From Candidatus Bipolaricaulota bacterium (GTDB taxonomy: Bacteria > Patescibacteriota > Patescibacteriia > UBA11705 > DATKZF01), in the NCBI GenBank assembly GCA_035528115.1, contig DATKZF010000001.1, positions 92,508 through 156,507 of the forward strand: a stretch of 64,000 bases of DNA. Reading direction: 5' to 3'. The notes under the pieces were generated by a model, which saw nothing but the letters and a program-made list of their open reading frames with translations, did not search any database and was not told the origin of the DNA. Shown in pieces: positions 59,088-64,000 of this stretch. Position 1 is the first letter of the stretch. Every line of letters begins with the position of its first letter. The position numbers and the translations under genes are program-made.

Positions 59088-59148
59088 AATTTACGCTCTC
59101 TGTTTTAATTTTAGCAAAAAATATCGGATTTTGCAAATGAATGGATAG

Positions 59149-59454
59149 CTATTCCGAATTGATAATTATGGCTATTTTTACGGTCATAGACCCCTTCAGT
59201 TTGGCGCCTAATTGAAGAATCAATTCCCTTTCGCGCAATTTAATCTCTTGCGCCACCACGGAGCTGGAACAGCCGATTTTAATCGTTTTATTTTTATAAC
59301 TCACGAATTTCAGGCTTCGATAAATATCAGGACTTAACTTTTCCCGGCACAGCATTTTAAACTTATCCAAAACAATGCTGGCGTAAAGCGGTCTAGCCAG
59401 TTTTGATCTTGCTTTGCCGGAAAGCAAATTTTTCAGTGATTCCAAATCTTTCAT
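59149..59454 (-). CDS. DUF721/DciA-like small protein
   Basis: About 100 aa, basic, with the DUF721-like pattern. Confidence 0.4.
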   Translation of the reverse strand: MKDLESLKNLLSGKARSKLARPLYASIVLDKFKMLCREKLSPDIYRSLKFVSYKNKTIKIGCSSSVVAQEIKLRERELILQLGAKLKGSMTVKIAIIINSE

Positions 59455-59459
59455 AAAAT

Positions 59460-62405
59460 CTATAACTTTTTGTATTCACAAATATCTTTGAAGTCACAAA
59501 AACCGCAGACGTGCGAACCGGGCGTCGGAGCAAAATCCAAATCATGTATCCGGCGGATATCTTCCAATATTTTCTGAACCAATTTCTCCTTGTCTTTTTC
59601 AACTCCTACAAACGGCAATTTTTTATTTCCTTCCAAAAAATAATAAACCAAATTCCCGGCTTGTTTGTTCAATTCTTTTTCCACGGCCAATTGATAAAGC
59701 AAAAGTTGCCGTTTGGAATCGGCGTCAAGGGACTCTTTGGCCTGGCCGGTTTTATAATCAATAATTTCCACTTGGTCGCCGGCGATTTTATCGATTCTGT
59801 CGATTCTGCCGGAAATGGTGTAATCCCCCACTTTCATGGTGAACGGCCGCTCGAGCAACCAGACGTCAGGCCGTGTTTCTTCAAAATCGCGATAAAAATT
59901 TTTCAAAGCGACGCGTCCTTTTTTCCGATATTTCATTTCGGTTTCTTTATCCGGATACCAATCAGAGCTCCAGTTTTTCTCATACATCTCCAGCAAATCT
60001 TTTTCCGACAAAACATCGGCGGATTCTTTGGACTGGGAGCCGAAAAGATCGGCTTGCGGCGAAGCGCCCGCATTGGCGCGAATGGCCAAAAATTGATTCA
60101 AAGTGCGATGAATAACGTCGCCGAAAGTGAACTGAAATTTCCCGGGCACCGGAATTTTTAAAACATTGGCGAATTTATATTTCAGCGGACAGCTCTCGTA
60201 GGCGGTCAGCTGACTGTGGCTGAATCTTTTGGGAATTTCATAAAAAGGTTTTTCATCTTTTTTCTCCTGAGTTCTTTCCATTTCCAAAGCAGGCTCAATC
60301 TCCTTTTTTTCATAACCCATTTCCGCCAAAAACCTGGAAGGTTTTCTGGCGCGGCCGGAACCGAAGTCCTTGGCGGACAGAAAAAACAAACCGTTTTTGG
60401 CTCGCGTGGCCGCCACGTAAAAAAGCCGGCGTTCTTCCTCAATATGAACATCTCCGGACGGCAGTTCAAGGTGCAACAAAGCGTCGGGAATCTCGATCGG
60501 GTCTTTTCGGCGATCCGGCGGAAATTTTCTTTCCACCAAATCAGGGATAAAAACATATTTGAATTCCAAACCTTTGGCTCCGTGTACGGTCATCACCTTC
60601 ACCATGTCCGGCCCGCTGTCAAAATCAATTTCCACGGCGCCGGTTTCCCCTGACGACAATTCCAGAGTCATCAATTCTTTGAAATCCGCCAGCTTGGCGC
60701 CAATGGCTTCTTTTTCGAATTGTTGAATTTTTTTGTAAAAAGTTTGCAAATAAGAGAGGCTGAGTTGATTCTCTTTGTTTTCTTTGGATTTTAAATAATC
60801 AATACAACCGGAATCATACAAAAAGCCGACAAATACTTTAGATATTTGATCTTTTTGCGACAAATTCAAATATTTATCTATCAATTGAATCAAGCCTGAC
60901 GCTTTCGAGTATGTCCGTTCTTCCAAACCTTTGATCGCGTTGATTTGTTTTACGGTCTCATAATATGATTCGTTTTTTCTTTTGGCTTGATAAATGATTT
61001 TAACCACGTCCTTTTCCGGCAAACCCAGCCAAGGACTGATCAAAACGCGATACATGGCCGAGGCCTCATGATAATTGTCCAGTAAATTAAAGAAAGCCAG
61101 CGTGTCCAAAATAACCGGTTTGGAATATAAACCTTTGAGCGATAAAAATTGGTGCGGCACGTCGGCGTCTTCGAGCAGATGATTGAAAAATTCTCCGGAG
61201 TCGTTTGATCTGACCAGGATCGCGAAATCATTCCATTCTGCGTTGACATCGTTTTTTTTCAATTCAATGATTTTTTTGATAATAATATCGGCCTGATCTT
61301 TCTGGCTTTGAGCCAAAAAATATTCGATTTGACAATCTTCGTCTTTTTGAGAAATCAACCGCTTGTTGATGTTCAATTCAACCTCGAGTCTGTTGGGATT
61401 GTTCAGTTTGATGAATTCATAGGCTTTGTCCAAAATTTTCTGGCAAGAACGGTAATTGTTTATCAAAACTATTTCCTTGGCGTCAGGATAATCTTTTTTG
61501 AACTGCATGATATTGCTAACCGAAGCGCCGCGAAACCTGTAAATGGCCTGGTCATCGTCTCCGACCACGGTCAAATTATTCGTTGGCGCGGCCAGCATTT
61601 TAATCAATTCGTATTGAGCCGTGTTGGTGTCCTGAAATTCGTCAACCAGAATGTATTTGAATTGTTTTCTAAAACGACTCAGGATCGCCGGCCTTTTCTT
61701 GAAAAGCTCGATCGCGTAATTTATCAAGTCGCCGAAATCCAAACAATCATTGTCCAGCAACAATTGCTGGTAAACATGATACGCCTCGGCCACCTCGCCG
61801 ACTCTGAGAATTTCCTGCTTGGTCGCCTCTTCCCTTTCCGACGAGGACATGTTTTCCAAATCCAGAGTCTGCACGAAATCAGCGGAATCGGTGTTCAACT
61901 TCAATTCCTCGGCGTATTTTAAATAATCGGCCGGGGAAATCAATTCATCCTTGCAACGCGAAAAATGCCTAAGCAGAGAATGAATGTGTTTATTGGGATT
62001 TCCCAGCGGACGATAATAATCGAGCTTGAATTTGTCGAAATTTTTCTTTACCAAAATCCATTGGCCGGTCTGGTCCAGCAATTTGTAACCAATGGGCAGG
62101 CCCATGTCCGAGCCGTAAAGCCTCAAAATTCTATCCGCGAAAGAATGAAAAGTCAGAATCCAATTATCGAAAGTCCCGTACGGCAACAAGCGATCGACTC
62201 GCTCGGCCATTTCCTCGGACGCTTTTTCGGTAAATGTGACGGCCAAAATTTGATCCGGAGAAATCTTTTTTTCCTCGATCAAATAAGCTATTCTGCTCGT
62301 AATCACCGTTGTTTTGCCCGTGCCCGCGCCTGCCACGATCAAAAGCGGCCCGTCACTATGAACAATAGCCTCTTTTTGCTCTTGATTGAACTTAGATATA
62401 TCCAT
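59460..62405 (-). CDS. UvrD/PcrA-family helicase with C-terminal PD-(D/E)xK nuclease and Cys cluster (AddA/AddB-like)
   Basis: AGAGTGKT Walker A and UvrD motifs. The C-terminus (CGFCDFKDICEYK) is a Cas4/RecB-like nuclease with Cys ligands. Confidence 0.8.
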   Translation of the reverse strand: MDISKFNQEQKEAIVHSDGPLLIVAGAGTGKTTVITSRIAYLIEEKKISPDQILAVTFTEKASEEMAERVDRLLPYGTFDNWILTFHSFADRILRLYGSDMGLPIGYKLLDQTGQWILVKKNFDKFKLDYYRPLGNPNKHIHSLLRHFSRCKDELISPADYLKYAEELKLNTDSADFVQTLDLENMSSSEREEATKQEILRVGEVAEAYHVYQQLLLDNDCLDFGDLINYAIELFKKRPAILSRFRKQFKYILVDEFQDTNTAQYELIKMLAAPTNNLTVVGDDDQAIYRFRGASVSNIMQFKKDYPDAKEIVLINNYRSCQKILDKAYEFIKLNNPNRLEVELNINKRLISQKDEDCQIEYFLAQSQKDQADIIIKKIIELKKNDVNAEWNDFAILVRSNDSGEFFNHLLEDADVPHQFLSLKGLYSKPVILDTLAFFNLLDNYHEASAMYRVLISPWLGLPEKDVVKIIYQAKRKNESYYETVKQINAIKGLEERTYSKASGLIQLIDKYLNLSQKDQISKVFVGFLYDSGCIDYLKSKENKENQLSLSYLQTFYKKIQQFEKEAIGAKLADFKELMTLELSSGETGAVEIDFDSGPDMVKVMTVHGAKGLEFKYVFIPDLVERKFPPDRRKDPIEIPDALLHLELPSGDVHIEEERRLFYVAATRAKNGLFFLSAKDFGSGRARKPSRFLAEMGYEKKEIEPALEMERTQEKKDEKPFYEIPKRFSHSQLTAYESCPLKYKFANVLKIPVPGKFQFTFGDVIHRTLNQFLAIRANAGASPQADLFGSQSKESADVLSEKDLLEMYEKNWSSDWYPDKETEMKYRKKGRVALKNFYRDFEETRPDVWLLERPFTMKVGDYTISGRIDRIDKIAGDQVEIIDYKTGQAKESLDADSKRQLLLYQLAVEKELNKQAGNLVYYFLEGNKKLPFVGVEKDKEKLVQKILEDIRRIHDLDFAPTPGSHVCGFCDFKDICEYKKL

Positions 62406-62440
62406 ATGAGCCTATTTTATCGCAAAAACATTTAAAAATC

Positions 62441-62467
62441 AAAAGGCGCGATCCTCGCGCCTTTTCA
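62441..62467. terminator. Bidirectional intrinsic terminator
   Basis: GGCGCGA-tcc-TCGCGCC flanked by A- and T-runs. Confidence 0.6.
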
Positions 62468-62478
62468 TACCGATTTCA

Positions 62479-63420
62479 TTATTTCAGGGCAACTTCAACG
62501 GCCGAAATAGCCTTGTGCAACGCATTCACTTGAGCCATCAAGTTTTGAACTCTCACGTCAATTTTTTTCTTTTTTACTTCAACTCTTGTTTTGTGCAAAA
62601 ACGAGAACATCAACCATTTTCTGAAAGAAGAGGCCAAACTGCGATTGAGAAGGATCAATTTATTGGTTTCCTCATCAAGCTGTTTTTCCACCATAGACAT
62701 CTGCGACATGAGCTCCTTTTTCGCTCTGACTAATTCTTTTTTCGTGTCTTTATCCGCCGATTGTTCCCCTGTCGTCTTCTCCGCGGCTACCGCTTCCTTG
62801 GCGACTTCGCATTCTTTTGCCGCCACCTCTTTTTCTCCGGATGCTTCCTTTATCTCTTTTTTTCTTTTTTCTATTTTGGTTTTCAATTCTAATGCCCGCA
62901 TTTTCTCTTCAAAAGTCAATTGACTGGTCGGCAAGGCCGCATGCTCCAATATATCTTCATATTCGAACGCGATTTCAATCACCTTGGCCTCCTTGTCCTT
63001 TAACCCGCTGACTTCGCTTTTCTTTTTTGGAATATTAAATTCGTTATCCAAAGCCTTCATTTTTTCCTCAAAAGTCAGCTGACTTGACGGCAAATAAGCG
63101 TATTCAATATTTTTAAATTGTTCGGCTTCTTTTTCAAGCGAGCCCAGCTCTTTTTCAGCTTCCGCCAATCTTCTCGAGGATTCCATTTGAAGCAGGGTAT
63201 CTTTCCAGACCGTAAATTCGGGAGATGAGTTATTAAATTCCACTTTTTCTCCGGCTTCGATTTTTTGTCTTATTTGATCCGCGATTGTCAAAGCTTCTTT
63301 TTTTAATTCTTTATTATCCTTTCCGCCCTCAAGAAGCGTCAAGACAGGTTTTTCACCGGTTTGTTTTTTCCCCCCATCAAACTTATTCGGCGCATAAAAA
63401 TTTCTTTCCGCAAGAACCAT
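62479..63420 (-). CDS. Glu/Lys-rich coiled-coil protein with a duplicated roughly 31-aa repeat
   Basis: The repeats are EYAYLPSSQLTFEEKMKALDNEFNIPKKKSE and EHAALPTSQLTFEEKMRALELKTKIEKRKKE. Confidence 0.6.
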   Translation of the reverse strand: MVLAERNFYAPNKFDGGKKQTGEKPVLTLLEGGKDNKELKKEALTIADQIRQKIEAGEKVEFNNSSPEFTVWKDTLLQMESSRRLAEAEKELGSLEKEAEQFKNIEYAYLPSSQLTFEEKMKALDNEFNIPKKKSEVSGLKDKEAKVIEIAFEYEDILEHAALPTSQLTFEEKMRALELKTKIEKRKKEIKEASGEKEVAAKECEVAKEAVAAEKTTGEQSADKDTKKELVRAKKELMSQMSMVEKQLDEETNKLILLNRSLASSFRKWLMFSFLHKTRVEVKKKKIDVRVQNLMAQVNALHKAISAVEVALK

Positions 63421-63489
63421 AAATTTTCAATTATTTGTTAGAAACAAGTTATATTTTATCAAAAAAATCGACTTATTAACAAATTTTAT

Positions 63490-63522
63490 CCACAATTCAA
63501 AAAGCGTCGCTTGGCGACGCTT
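63490..63522 (-). terminator. Intrinsic terminator
   Basis: AAGCGTCGC-ttg-GCGACGCTT followed by a U-run on the minus strand. Overlaps the stop of the upstream CDS. Confidence 0.55.
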
Positions 63523-64000
63523 ATTCGTAATATTGTCTCTCCCACGCGTCGGGCATGAAATCCCTGTGAGTCCGACTGAAATAATTAAACGCGTAAATGG
63601 CCCCAATCTCGAGCAGAACCCCGCTTGGATTTTGACCCAATCTTGACGAGGGGGAAAGCCCACTCAGCCGTTTGGCCAAACACTCGATCTCCCTCCTCTC
63701 TGTCATTAACTGGCCTTTTGGCTTGTTTGTGTAGTAACTCGGAGACAGGGCTTCACAAAAAGACCTCCACAATGAGCTTCTGGCTCGCTCTTTTTTCAGT
63801 ATGATTTGAAGCCGGTTCTCGGAATCAATCGAAAAAAGTAGCCCGTTATCCTCTCGCGGATACCAAAGACGATATCCGTCTTCCCATTTGGCAACATTGC
63901 CAAAGCCCGAGCTGATTGAGGAAACCGCGTAAAACATACCGATTTCTTGGTAGCTGGGCCTTTCCGCGACTTGAGCGACAAAGCCGAGGCATTTCAACAA
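63521..64000 (-). CDS. Hypothetical protein, 5' end beyond the window
   Basis: The ORF stays open to the window edge. No motif recognised. Confidence 0.45.
   Translation of the reverse strand: MLKCLGFVAQVAERPSYQEIGMFYAVSSISSGFGNVAKWEDGYRLWYPREDNGLLFSIDSENRLQIILKKERARSSLWRSFCEALSPSYYTNKPKGQLMTERREIECLAKRLSGLSPSSRLGQNPSGVLLEIGAIYAFNYFSRTHRDFMPDAWERQYYE

Overview
This window looks like a 64-kb chromosomal segment from a small-genome, AT-rich bacterium. The gene content and architecture resemble CPR/Patescibacteria, but that is an inference. Most of it is housekeeping, largely on the minus strand in the second half: gltX, serS, lysS, proS, fmt, def, clpB, greA, queA, rlmN, alr, an mrdA-mreD-mreC-mreB rod-shape cluster, a degenerate priA-like gene, a UvrD-like helicase-nuclease and tRNA-Trp. 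A cell-envelope glycosylation block (GT2, GT4, GT4, GT2, a GT26-Nudix fusion, an O-antigen-ligase-like gene, rmlC) sits next to a giant surface protein (>1378 aa, 5'-truncated by the window edge) that carries an embedded Hint/BIL domain.

The accessory content is what stands out:
- A family of MITE-like intergenic repeats with GTTACGAATTACAA terminal inverted repeats, present at eight or more loci in short (~40-60 bp), 94-bp and 134-bp forms and in both orientations.
- A 5.1-kb AT-rich island carrying a Type III restriction-modification mod/res pair plus an unknown 299-aa gene, bounded by a perfect 28-bp direct repeat between the rlmN promoter region and a cupin/rmlC pair.
- Four GC-rich islets in an otherwise AT-rich background. 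Each has near-consensus TTGACA-N17-TATAAT promoters, strong Shine-Dalgarno sequences and intrinsic terminators. They encode small transmembrane peptides, a 67-aa protein, a foreign-looking 439-aa protein, and, in a 1.3-kb stretch with no ORF of 60 aa or more, two promoter/terminator-bounded candidate structured RNAs.
- A presenilin/SPP-like intramembrane protease (YD...GxGD...PAL) preceded by a micropeptide.
- The three AmmeMemoRadiSam components (AMMECR1, Memo-like, radical SAM), all present but dispersed.

No CRISPR array, rRNA or integrase/transposase gene is visible. GC statements are by eye, not computed.
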